Source of the DNA: Chthoniobacteraceae bacterium
Lineage (GTDB): Bacteria; Verrucomicrobiota; Verrucomicrobiia; Chthoniobacterales; Chthoniobacteraceae
DNA length: 64,000 nucleotides
Direction of reading: 5' to 3'
Assembly (NCBI GenBank): GCA_031409655.1
Contig: JANNXQ010000273.1
Span: forward strand, 1-64,000
Shown: positions 55,618 through 64,000 of the stretch, one piece after another
Position numbering within the stretch: the stretch's first letter is position 1
Layout: every line of letters begins with the position of its first letter
The notes under the pieces: generated by a model
What the model saw: only the letters and a program-made list of their open reading frames with translations
Databases searched by the model: none
Told to the model about the DNA's origin: nothing
Position numbers and translations under genes: made by a program

Positions 55618-56655
55618 TCAGTCAAACTGCCGATCCAGCCAACTGAAGGGGAAACGATTTCCCGGGCAATCGGTCGGCCAGCGGGGCGGATTGATCTGCC
55701 GATGCGCCCGCACGACGGCGACTTTTCCCTCCGTCTTGCCCACCCGCTTCCGCAGATAAGTGATGAGTTCATCGAGCGCCTCGAGCTGTCGCTTCGTCGG
55801 TTTGTCGCGGTTGAAATCGCCGACGAGACAAATCCCGAGCGCGATATTGTTGAGGTAGTCACTATGGACGTGGCCGCCATTCACCTGCCGGCGCCAGCGG
55901 TTGCCGATCTCGATCTGACCATCGCCGCTGGAGCTGCCGTTGCCGATGACAAATTGGTAGGCCATGCCATTCGGCATCTTCCGGACGTAGCGATGGTAGT
56001 AGTCGAAGGCTTTCGCATTCCCCTGCCGCGTGCCGCTGTTGTGGACGACGAGGTAACGCCAGCGGCTCTTTTTCACCGGGGCCTTGTCGATCTCCTTCTG
56101 ATTCGTGCCCGTGAGATATTTGTAGCGCCGAAATCCCCACCAACTGTTCTTGGGCGCATCGACCACTGGCTCGAGCTCTTGCTCGGTCTTTTTCTCGATC
56201 AGGATGGGAGCCCTGGGGGTGGGCTGCGGTCTCTCGACAGGGGGCTTCGGAGTCGGCGGTTTCGGGCTGGGCGTCGCGGGCTTGGGCGTCGCTGGAGCCG
56301 GCGTGACTGCCGGACGCGGACGAGGTGTGGCCTCTGGCTCGGGCTCGGGTTTGGGGCGTGGTTTGGGCGGCATTTCCGGCTCCGGTTTTGGCGTGGTCGG
56401 CCGCGGTGTCGCTGGCCGCGGCGTGGCTGGCCGCGGTGTCGTCGGCTCGGGCGTCGTCGGAGGCCGGACGGGCTTCGGCTTGGGCCGCGGCGTCGCTTGC
56501 GGTGCGGGCGAGGCGGGCATCGTTTTGATCTCTTCCCGCGCCTTGAGAAAGGCCCGCTTTTTCTGCTCCTCCGTCAACGGCCGACTCTGCTGCGCGCGGG
56601 TCACGGGGCTCACGAGGAGCCCCAGCACGCTGAGCAGCAGCAAGAATTTTCGCAC
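55618..56655 (-). CDS. Secreted N-acetylmuramoyl-L-alanine amidase (Amidase_2/PGRP-like) with long Pro/Thr linker
   Basis: Signal peptide from GTG 56655; repeated TPRP/TPKP; WRYLVVHNSGT, Y.FVIGNG, GGH, GICLVGDF, AHR, TDCPG. Confidence 0.88.
   Translation of the reverse strand: MRKFLLLLSVLGLLVSPVTRAQQSRPLTEEQKKRAFLKAREEIKTMPASPAPQATPRPKPKPVRPPTTPEPTTPRPATPRPATPRPTTPKPEPEMPPKPRPKPEPEPEATPRPRPAVTPAPATPKPATPSPKPPTPKPPVERPQPTPRAPILIEKKTEQELEPVVDAPKNSWWGFRRYKYLTGTNQKEIDKAPVKKSRWRYLVVHNSGTRQGNAKAFDYYHRYVRKMPNGMAYQFVIGNGSSSGDGQIEIGNRWRRQVNGGHVHSDYLNNIALGICLVGDFNRDKPTKRQLEALDELITYLRKRVGKTEGKVAVVRAHRQINPPRWPTDCPGNRFPFSWLDRQFD
56399..56443. repeat. 15-bp tandem coding repeat x3 in the amidase linker
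   Basis: GGCCGCGGTGTCGCT GGCCGCGGCGTGGCT GGCCGCGGTGTCGTC, encoding (A/T)TPRP units. Confidence 0.7.
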
Positions 56656-56762
56656 GCGGCGGATGCTATTGCCCGGCCTCCGATTGTCTATTGCGGACTT
56701 GGCATTTTCCACGCCCGCACTCGGCGATTGGCAAGCCCGCGACCCGGGTGCATTTTCATCCC

Positions 56763-57206
56763 ATGAACCAAGGCCAGCATTCGTTTCTGACCCGGTGGAT
56801 CTGCACCACCATCGCCGTGGCGATCGCCGTTTACCTCACCGACATGACGGTCACGGGCTGGCTCCCGCTCGTCGTCACGGCGCTGGTCTTCGGCGTCATC
56901 AATGCCGTGGTGCGCCCCATCCTGCTGCTCCTCAGCGTGCCCTTCATCGTCGTCACGCTCGGCCTTTTCATTCTGGTCCTGAATGCCTTTCTGCTCTGGC
57001 TGGCGGGCGGCCTCGTGCCCGGCTTCATCGTGGGCGGATTTTGGAATGCCTTTTTCGGTGCCATCATCGTGAGTCTCGTGAACTGGGCGCTGAGCATTTT
57101 CACCAAAGGTACCGACGGCGAATACCGCATCCTCACGCAGCGTGGAGAGGTCCGCAAAGGTGGGATGAAGCAGGTCGAAGGAAGGGTGCTGGGGGAAAAG
57201 GATTGA
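56763..57206 (+). CDS. Four-TM membrane protein of the phage holin 4_2 / DUF360 (YvlD-like) family
   Basis: ALVFGVINAVVRPILLLLSVPFIVVTLGLFILVLNA, VPGFIVGGFWNAFFGAIIVS. Confidence 0.88.
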   Translation: MNQGQHSFLTRWICTTIAVAIAVYLTDMTVTGWLPLVVTALVFGVINAVVRPILLLLSVPFIVVTLGLFILVLNAFLLWLAGGLVPGFIVGGFWNAFFGAIIVSLVNWALSIFTKGTDGEYRILTQRGEVRKGGMKQVEGRVLGEKD

Positions 57207-57238
57207 GCCACCGCCACGAGGCACCGGCGTGAATTTGG

Positions 57239-57272
57239 TTCATCCTTCACCCTTCATCCTTCATCCTTTCCC
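57239..57272. repeat. TTCATCC heptamer tract x4
   Basis: TTCATCC TTCACCC TTCATCC TTCATCC TTTCCC immediately upstream of ATG 57275. Confidence 0.75.
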
Positions 57273-57274
57273 GA

Positions 57275-58048
57275 ATGACTTACTGCCTCAGCCTCCTCTG
57301 CCGCGAAGGAATGGTCTGCATCTCGGACTCCCGCACCAGCGCGGGGGTGGACAATATCACCGTGCAATCGAAGATGCGGGTCTTCGCCGAGGAAGGGCAA
57401 CGCGTGCTCTGCCTCATGACCTCCGGGAATCTTTCCCTCAGCCAGACCGTGCTCTCGCTTATCGAAGAGGATCTCCTGCGTGGAAAAGTGGAGCCCGAGA
57501 TTCAACATCTGATGAATCGATCGACGATCTTTGAGACCGCGCGCTACGTGGGCCAAAAGATCCGGCAGGTTGCCGAACTCGACCGGGCCGCGCTGGAGGC
57601 CAATGGCCTTGCCTTCAACGTGAACATCCTCGTCGGTGGCCAGATCGCCGGACTGCCACCCCAAAGCTTCCTCGTTTATCCCCAGGGAAATTCGCTGCAC
57701 ACCACCGTCTCCGCGCCCTTCCTGCAGATCGGCGAATTCAAATACGGCAAGCCCATCCTCGACCGCGGCTTCCACTACGGGACGCACCTCTCCGAAGCCG
57801 TGAAGCTCGGCATCCTCTCCATGGAGGCGACGATGAAAAGTAACGTCGCCGTCGGCCCTCCCATCGACGTTTTCGTGCTCGAGACCGACTCCCTCGCCGT
57901 GCGCAAGCGCGTGCGCATCGAAGAGAATGACCACTACCTGCGCACCATTCAGGAAAAGTGGGGAACGGGAATCGTCCGACTCGTCGAAGAGATGCCGGGA
58001 CTGCCATTCCCAGACGCGCCCTTCCAGCCAGGGGCGATGCTCCCATGA
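57275..58048 (+). CDS. Proteasome-type protease (Anbu / COG3484, Ntn-hydrolase)
   Basis: MTYC N-terminus with Thr nucleophile, SDSRTSAGVD, SGNLSLSQ, QIGEFKYGKPILDR, SN.AVGPPID. Confidence 0.9.
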   Translation: MTYCLSLLCREGMVCISDSRTSAGVDNITVQSKMRVFAEEGQRVLCLMTSGNLSLSQTVLSLIEEDLLRGKVEPEIQHLMNRSTIFETARYVGQKIRQVAELDRAALEANGLAFNVNILVGGQIAGLPPQSFLVYPQGNSLHTTVSAPFLQIGEFKYGKPILDRGFHYGTHLSEAVKLGILSMEATMKSNVAVGPPIDVFVLETDSLAVRKRVRIEENDHYLRTIQEKWGTGIVRLVEEMPGLPFPDAPFQPGAMLP

Positions 58049-58704
58049 AGTCAGCGCGCGTGCGGGTCAAAGTCTGCGGAGTCACAAATCGCGAAGACGC
58101 CCTGGCGGCCATCGCGCTCGGAGCCGATGCGCTCGGCTTTAATCTCTACCCAGAATCGAAACGCGCCATCGTCCTCGATCAGGAGGCAGAGTGGATCGCC
58201 GCGCTCCCGCCCTTCGTCATGCGCGTCGCCGTGCTGGTCAATGCGCCGCTCGACGAGGCCCTCCGCGTGGCCGCCCATTCGGCGATTCATGCGGTGCAAT
58301 TCCACGGCGACGAAGACCCTGAGTATTGCGCGCGTTTCGCCCGTGAATCTACCCGCCCCTTCCTCAAGGCGCTGCGTCTCCGCGATGCCGCCACTCTCAG
58401 CACTGCGACTCATTTTTCCACACCGCACCTCCTGCTCGATGCCGATGCCGGCGCAGCCTACGGCGGCGCTGGCACCCTCATCGATCTCGCTCTCGCGGCG
58501 CAATTCGCGGAGCACGCCCCGGGATCCACGCTCATCCTCGCGGGCGGATTGCGGGCAGAGAATGTGGCGGAGGCGGTGCGGAAAGTCCGACCCTTCGCCG
58601 TCGATGTCGCGAGCGGCGTGGAACTGCCCGGTGATCCGCGGAGAAAGAGCGCGGAGCGGATGGCCACCTTCATTGCGGCGTTTGCAGGGATTGATTTGGC
58701 GTAA
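58045..58704 (+). CDS. trpF: Phosphoribosylanthranilate isomerase
   Basis: VKVCGVT, GADALGF, QFHGDE, LLLDA, ILAGGL, VDVASGVE; ATGA overlap with the protease gene. Confidence 0.93.
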   Translation: MKSARVRVKVCGVTNREDALAAIALGADALGFNLYPESKRAIVLDQEAEWIAALPPFVMRVAVLVNAPLDEALRVAAHSAIHAVQFHGDEDPEYCARFARESTRPFLKALRLRDAATLSTATHFSTPHLLLDADAGAAYGGAGTLIDLALAAQFAEHAPGSTLILAGGLRAENVAEAVRKVRPFAVDVASGVELPGDPRRKSAERMATFIAAFAGIDLA

Positions 58705-58827
58705 GCATTCCGGGCTCCGCTCACGGGGAGTTAGGTAAGGAAAAGGGTAAGATTCCCGGCCCATGCCGATGCTTGCCTGCATCGTGCTATTTCGGTTTCA
58801 AACCTATTTCAGAAATCCGCGCATACC

Positions 58828-60564
58828 ATGGCCAAACTCCACCCCATCCTCCTCGCTGCAGCTTCGCTCTCCTTCAGTTCGGCGCTCGCCCAAGATCCTG
58901 CCCTCTCCAAGCCAGCCGCTCCTGCTCCCATCGAGCCGCCAGTGGCGGTGCCGGCCGCACCTCCCGCCGCACCTGAGCAAGTCGTCCCACCCGCAGCCCT
59001 CGAACCGGCCACAGCCCCGGATGGCACACCCATCGCACCCTCCGTTGGCGCAGCCGGTGATGCTTTACCTTCCTCGCGTTTGAATGACTTTCAAGGCGAC
59101 CCCATCGACCTCGTACTCCGCACCCTGGCCCGCCAGGCCAAGATGAATATCGTCGTCAGCGATGCTGTCACTACGACCGCCGGCACGGTGAACATGCGCA
59201 TCGAAGACAAGACGCCAAAGGAAGCCATCGAGATTATCGTGACCGCCAAAGGATTGGTGATGGACGAACAGAAAGGCGTCTTCTTTATCAAAACCCTCGC
59301 CGAGCGCGCCAAGGAACCCACCGAGAGCGGGAGCTACACCCTGAGCTACGCCCAGGCAAAAGATGTCGTTACCTTACTCGGAGGGCAGATCCAAAGTGGC
59401 GTCGCTCCACAGTTCGACAACCGCACCAACACTGTCTATTACCGCGAAAACCGCTCGAATCTCGAAAAGGTGGATGATTTTTTGAAGTCGATTGATCGCC
59501 CGACCCAGCAAGTGATGATCGAAGCCAGGCTCGTGGAAGTAACCGCGAATCCCAAGCAGAGCTACGGCATCAACTGGGCCGGGATCGTCGGGGGCGCCGC
59601 GTCACCGCAGACCTTCCGCTACGGTGGCAGCGATCCAGCCGAGGCTCCTTCTTACCAGATCATCGATGGCGACCTCGTGGCCACCCCCGGCAAACCCGCC
59701 CAAGGGGCCTACAACGAAAGCAGCGGCACGCTGAAGGGCCGTGACTTCTTCCGCAATGGTTTGACGGCCGGTGGTTTTGGCGACGCCCTCGCCGGTCAGT
59801 TCGCGATCCTTTCACTGCCTCAACTCTCCGCCACCTTGCGCCTCCTGAATGAAGATGCGGATGCGGAGTTCCTCGCCCATCCCCGCATCGTGACGGCGAA
59901 CAACCAGAAGGCGGAGATCAAGATCACCCGCAGCCAACCCGTGCCGCAGCTTAACTTTAACGAACAAACCGCGCAGGCTGTCTTCAGCGGATTTCAGGAC
60001 AAGGAGTTCGGCAATACCCTGGTCGTAACGCCGTCGATTAACAAAGACGACTTTGTCACGCTTCAGGTGAAGCCGGAGATCAGCAATAAAGTGGGCGACG
60101 CCACCTTCAGCTTTGGTGGCGCGGTGGTGACCAGCCCCGTGATCGACAAGCGCACGCTCGACTCGAATGTCCTCATCAAAAGCGGCGACACCCTCGCCAT
60201 CGGTGGCTTGCTCCAGGACGAACAAACCAAAGCCCGCACGAAGGTGCCAGTGATGGGTGATATCCCGATCCTGGGTTACCTCTTCCAGGAACGCATGAAT
60301 CAACGCACGAAGCGCAACCTGCTCGTCTTCGTCACCCCGACCGTGATCAAGGAAGGTTACGGCACCGGTCTCGAAACTCAGGTCAGCGGACTCAGCCACA
60401 CCGGCGACGAATTTGCCGATCCGAACGGCTGGCGCAACAACGCCAAGGGCGCCAAGCGCCTCGTGCCATCTTCCCAGCGCGCACTCGCCGCAGACTATCC
60501 CAAGCCCGGCATCGCTCCCGCACCGAAGAAGGTAAAATACAAGGTCAACGCCTCGCCGCGCTAA
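58828..60564 (+). CDS. Secretin (GspD/PilQ family)
   Basis: Signal peptide; QVMIEARLVEV, GINW, PRIVTANNQKA, LVVTP.I, SGDTLAIGGL, KVPVMGDIPILGYLF, LLVFVTP. Confidence 0.93.
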   Translation: MAKLHPILLAAASLSFSSALAQDPALSKPAAPAPIEPPVAVPAAPPAAPEQVVPPAALEPATAPDGTPIAPSVGAAGDALPSSRLNDFQGDPIDLVLRTLARQAKMNIVVSDAVTTTAGTVNMRIEDKTPKEAIEIIVTAKGLVMDEQKGVFFIKTLAERAKEPTESGSYTLSYAQAKDVVTLLGGQIQSGVAPQFDNRTNTVYYRENRSNLEKVDDFLKSIDRPTQQVMIEARLVEVTANPKQSYGINWAGIVGGAASPQTFRYGGSDPAEAPSYQIIDGDLVATPGKPAQGAYNESSGTLKGRDFFRNGLTAGGFGDALAGQFAILSLPQLSATLRLLNEDADAEFLAHPRIVTANNQKAEIKITRSQPVPQLNFNEQTAQAVFSGFQDKEFGNTLVVTPSINKDDFVTLQVKPEISNKVGDATFSFGGAVVTSPVIDKRTLDSNVLIKSGDTLAIGGLLQDEQTKARTKVPVMGDIPILGYLFQERMNQRTKRNLLVFVTPTVIKEGYGTGLETQVSGLSHTGDEFADPNGWRNNAKGAKRLVPSSQRALAADYPKPGIAPAPKKVKYKVNASPR

Positions 60565-60624
60565 GCTTCACGGCGGCGCCGCCACGCCTTACAAGGGGGA
60601 AACCCCGGCGGCCGCTTTCCAATA

Positions 60625-60663
60625 AAACGCCGGCTCCGATCTCGGAGCCGGCGTTTGGCTTTT
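60625..60663 (+). terminator. Intrinsic terminator-like hairpin after the secretin gene
   Basis: AAACGCCGGCTCCGA-TC-TCGGAGCCGGCGTTT perfect IR followed by GGCTTTT. Confidence 0.8.
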
Positions 60664-60756
60664 GCAAGAGCACCTGCCAGCGCGGCAGGTTGCGGACTAT
60701 CGAGTCTTGCCATGGAGCGCGGTTTCGGGCTTTCTCCTTTGAGTCCAGCCGCTCCC

Positions 60757-61317
60757 GTGGATCTATCCCTCCTCTACTTCATTTGCTTTGGCGTTGGGCT
60801 GCTCTTTGCGGTCATCAGCGCGCTCTTTGCGGGGGTCTTTGGTGGCCACGATGGCGCGGCGCACGTGGATACAGCACACGCGGAAGCGGGCTTCGGGTCG
60901 CATGACATGCCGGGTTTTTCCGCACTAAGTCCCACGACGATCGCCTGCTTCATCACGGCTTTCGGTGGCTTTGGGATGATTCTCTCCAGGATCCCGGCAC
61001 TCGCAAACCCATGGCTCAGCGCGCCCCTTTCGGCGATTGGGGGCGTCGCCGTAGCCGGCGCAGTGCTCGCACTTTTCCGGAAGGTCTTCCGCTCCACGCA
61101 GAGTTCGAGCGAAGGCCGCGTCGGCGATCTCGTTGGTCATCTGGCGACGGTTGAGACTCCAATCACACCGCATGGCGTCGGCCAGATCAGCTACGTCCAG
61201 AGCGGCTCCCGCTACACCGCGCCAGCTCGTACCGAGCAGGATCGAGAACTTCCCACCGGCGCTACGGTGCGCATCACCCGAGTCGTCGGGACCCAATTCT
61301 ATGTTACCCATGATTGA
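60757..61317 (+). CDS. NfeD-like protein (membrane domain plus OB fold)
   Basis: TM helices, FITAFGGFG, DLVG..ATV..PI...GVGQI...ARTE...LPTG..VRI..V.G; adjacent to a flotillin gene. Confidence 0.85.
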   Translation: MDLSLLYFICFGVGLLFAVISALFAGVFGGHDGAAHVDTAHAEAGFGSHDMPGFSALSPTTIACFITAFGGFGMILSRIPALANPWLSAPLSAIGGVAVAGAVLALFRKVFRSTQSSSEGRVGDLVGHLATVETPITPHGVGQISYVQSGSRYTAPARTEQDRELPTGATVRITRVVGTQFYVTHD

Positions 61318-62851
61318 ACCCCACCTCGCAGCGCTCGGCGAATTCGCCGCCGCTGGCGCCGCCATCCTCGGCATCCTTGTCGTCGTCTTCCTCTTCGCGG
61401 CGGTCTGGGCCAGTCGCTATACGAAGGTTGGCCCCAATGAAGTGCTCGTGGTTTCGGGCCGGAAGCATCGTTTCATTGATGTCGATGGCCAGACTCGGCT
61501 GCGCGGCTTCCGCATCGTGAAGGGTGGCGGCACCTTCATCGTGCCCGTGATCGAGAAGTCGGATATCCTCTCCCTCGAACTCCTGACGATCGATGTCCAG
61601 ACGCCGGAAGTTTATACCAGCAAAGGCGTGCCGGTGAAGGTGGACGGCGTGGCGCAGATCAAGGTGAAGGGCGACGACGTTTCGATTGCCACGGCCGCGG
61701 AGCAATTTCTCAGCAAGGCGGTGGACGAAATCAAAAACATTGCCACCCAGACGCTGGAAGGTCACCTGCGCGCGATTCTCGGCACGATGACGGTCGAGGA
61801 CATCTACCAGAATCGAGACCAGTTTGCGCAGAAGGTCCAGGAAGTGGCGGCTGGCGACATGGCTAACATGGGGCTTGGCATCGTCAGCTTCACGATCCGC
61901 GACATCAAGGATTCGCAAGGCTACCTGGAAGCGCTGGGCAAACCGCGCATCGCCCAGGTGAAGCGCGACGCCCAGATCGCGCAAGCCGAGGCGGACCGCG
62001 ATGCGATGATCAAAAGCTCGCAAGCGCAACAGTCCGGACAGGAGGCGAAATTCGCCGCCGACTCCAAGATCGCCGAGTCCAAGCGGGACTACGAATCGAA
62101 CCTCGCGCAATACGCCGCGACGGTGAATCAGAAGAAGGCCGAGTCCGACCTCGCCTACGATCTGCAGAAGTTTAAGACGGGGCAACTCGTCAAGGCGGAG
62201 GAAGTACAGGTGCAGATCATCGAAAAGCAAAAACAGATCGAGCTGGGCCAGCAAGAAATCCTGCGCAAACAACGCGAACTCGAAGCCACGGTGCAGAAGC
62301 CCGCCGATGCCGAGCGTTACCGCGTCGAGACCCTCGCGAATGCGACCAAATACCAACTCGAGACCGAGGCCGCTGGCTCGGCGTCCGCCACGAAGGCGAC
62401 AGGCTTTGCGAATGCGGATGTCGCCAAGGCCACCGGGATCGCGGAAGCCGAGGCCAATAAGGCCAAGGGTCTCGCCGAGGCCTCGATCATCGAAGCGCAA
62501 GGCAGCGCAACGGCGGAGGCCATGCGTTTGAAGGCGGAGTCCTACAAACAGTACAATGAGGCGGCCGTCATCGAACTCATCGTGCGCGTGCTCCCCGAGA
62601 TCGCGGCGAAGGTGAGCGAGCCGCTTTCGAAGATGGAAAAGATGATCGTCATCAACAGCGGCGACGGAGGCGGAGGCGCCAGCAAAGTCACCGGAGACAT
62701 CGCCCAAATCGTTGCCCAGCTACCGCCCGTGCTGGAGAGCCTCACCGGGGTAAAGTTTGAGACCCTGATGAAGCAAGTGCCCGCCCTGCGCAAAGCCATG
62801 GCTCCCGAGCCGCCGGCCCCGCTCAGTGCGGAGCCGAAAGAAGGGGCGTGA
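61310..62851 (+). CDS. Flotillin / SPFH domain protein
   Basis: PNEVLVVSG, TLEGHLRAILGTMTVE, GYLEALGK, AEA-rich coiled coil. Start is 61301 or 61310. Confidence 0.93.
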   Translation: MIEPHLAALGEFAAAGAAILGILVVVFLFAAVWASRYTKVGPNEVLVVSGRKHRFIDVDGQTRLRGFRIVKGGGTFIVPVIEKSDILSLELLTIDVQTPEVYTSKGVPVKVDGVAQIKVKGDDVSIATAAEQFLSKAVDEIKNIATQTLEGHLRAILGTMTVEDIYQNRDQFAQKVQEVAAGDMANMGLGIVSFTIRDIKDSQGYLEALGKPRIAQVKRDAQIAQAEADRDAMIKSSQAQQSGQEAKFAADSKIAESKRDYESNLAQYAATVNQKKAESDLAYDLQKFKTGQLVKAEEVQVQIIEKQKQIELGQQEILRKQRELEATVQKPADAERYRVETLANATKYQLETEAAGSASATKATGFANADVAKATGIAEAEANKAKGLAEASIIEAQGSATAEAMRLKAESYKQYNEAAVIELIVRVLPEIAAKVSEPLSKMEKMIVINSGDGGGGASKVTGDIAQIVAQLPPVLESLTGVKFETLMKQVPALRKAMAPEPPAPLSAEPKEGA

Positions 62852-62879
62852 AGGGCCACGGACGATCCGGCTCTGGTCT

Positions 62880-64000
62880 TCAGCGCGTGGCTTCTGCCGC
62901 CTCCGAATAGTATCCTTCGAGCAGGCGGGTCTGGGCGCCGATTTCAAAACGAACGCCCACCTGCCCTGCCGCAGCCGTGCTCATCGCGGCGTAACGGTGC
63001 GGGCCTTCCGCAAGGCCCGCCATTTCACGCGCCAGCGCCGCGTGATCCCGCTCCGCGACGAGCAATCCACTCACGCCATGCTCGACCGCCTCGGGGATTC
63101 CACCGTGGTCTGTGGCGAGCACGGGCAGGCCGCTGGCCATGGCTTCGAGCATCGCGTTTGGAACCCCTTCCTGGTCGCCGTCCGAAGTAAGCTCGCTCGG
63201 GTGGAGGAAGAGATGCGCGGAGGCGGAGAGCGCGCGCAGTTTCTCCTGCGGCAGGAACCCAGCAAAAATCACGCGGTCGGCAATGCCGAGCGCAGCGGCG
63301 AGCGCTCGGAGGTCGGTTAGCTGCGGGCCTTCCCCAGCGATCGTGAAAGTCGCGCGCGGATGCTTTGCGGAAAAGTCCGCGAAAGCACGCAGGCTAGTGG
63401 CGAGACCCTTCTTCGGGATCAGCCGGCAGGCTTGCACGCAATGCCACGCGCCATCGGAGGGAGCAGTTCGCTGGGTGAAGAGAATTTCATCCAGCGGAAG
63501 GCCCGTGCGGTGGAGACGAATCTTTGCAGGATTGCAGCCGAGCGTGCGTAACTCGGCGCGGAGTGATTCGGAGCGGACGAGCAGCAGCGTCGCTTTCTCC
63601 AACATCCTGCGCATCGGCGCGGGGTGCAGACCGACCCGCGCGTCGGCCCCATGAAAGGAGACGACGACCGGGATGTCGCAGATTTCCAGCAACGGCAGGA
63701 GATGCACGCCGATGTGGCCAAAGTAGATGTGCAGAACCTTTGCCTCCGCCGCATGGAGCGCGGCGAGGATGCGGCGGGCTTCGCTGCGGTAGATGGTGAT
63801 CGGCCGCTTGAGCATTTGCTTTTGCACGAACCGGCGGAACTGATGCGTGCGCGGCTTCGGGAGGACGACGAGATCCTGGAACGGGAAGTCCGCCGCGTGC
63901 TCGCGCTTCTGGCAAAAGACCACTGGCCGGAAAGCCCGCAGCGCCGTGATCTGCCGGTAGATGTGGAGCATCTCCGGTTTGAGGAAAGTGACGACGTATT
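62880..64000 (-). CDS. GT4 glycosyltransferase (WcaL-like), start probably beyond the window edge
   Basis: VVVSFHGAD, RLIPKKG, DQEGVPNAMLEAMASGLPV, HGGIPEAV; the frame is open to the window end. Confidence 0.9.
   Translation of the reverse strand, partial: YVVTFLKPEMLHIYRQITALRAFRPVVFCQKREHAADFPFQDLVVLPKPRTHQFRRFVQKQMLKRPITIYRSEARRILAALHAAEAKVLHIYFGHIGVHLLPLLEICDIPVVVSFHGADARVGLHPAPMRRMLEKATLLLVRSESLRAELRTLGCNPAKIRLHRTGLPLDEILFTQRTAPSDGAWHCVQACRLIPKKGLATSLRAFADFSAKHPRATFTIAGEGPQLTDLRALAAALGIADRVIFAGFLPQEKLRALSASAHLFLHPSELTSDGDQEGVPNAMLEAMASGLPVLATDHGGIPEAVEHGVSGLLVAERDHAALAREMAGLAEGPHRYAAMSTAAAGQVGVRFEIGAQTRLLEGYYSEAAEATR

Noticed and set aside
55618..57206. Amidase plus 'holin' as a prophage lysis cassette
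   Set aside because: The genes are divergent, the amidase has its own signal peptide, DUF360 proteins are common chromosomal genes, and no phage genes are nearby.

Overview
GC-rich bacterial chromosome segment, most likely Verrucomicrobiota (Chthoniobacter/Spartobacteria-like). The basis for that inference is the DUF1501 + PSD1/planctomycete-cytochrome pair, an EPLEPRIAPA leader, F[YF]R[VL]-ending secreted proteins and pyrimidine-rich leaders mostly lacking Shine-Dalgarno sites. Most of the window is core or near-core: ilvD, tig-clpP-clpX, pilB/gspE-pilC/gspF-pilin, a separate secretin, a topoisomerase IV/gyrase A-type subunit, aat, guaA, cobB, exbB-exbD-tonB-like, rapA, trpF, nfeD-flotillin, tRNA-Arg(CCG) and tRNA-Pro(CGG). 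Large secreted proteins are interspersed. I saw no integrase, transposase, prophage or CRISPR array. Five signals stand out. (1) A family of intergenic heptamer/hexamer inverted-repeat elements; the exbB-exbD copy has a perfect 30-bp stem plus an outer stem pairing the exbB stop with the exbD start. (2) An apparently swappable terminal 'F-x-R-[VL]' module on secreted proteins, with a relic PEP-CTERM tail and one N-terminal copy. (3) Tandem secreted cyclophilins with altered active sites nested inside an Ig-like domain. (4) Two divergent ORFs each split by a single in-frame stop. (5) A strand-symmetric C-left/G-right skew flip at gene boundaries. All family calls come from motif recognition by eye; no database search was run.
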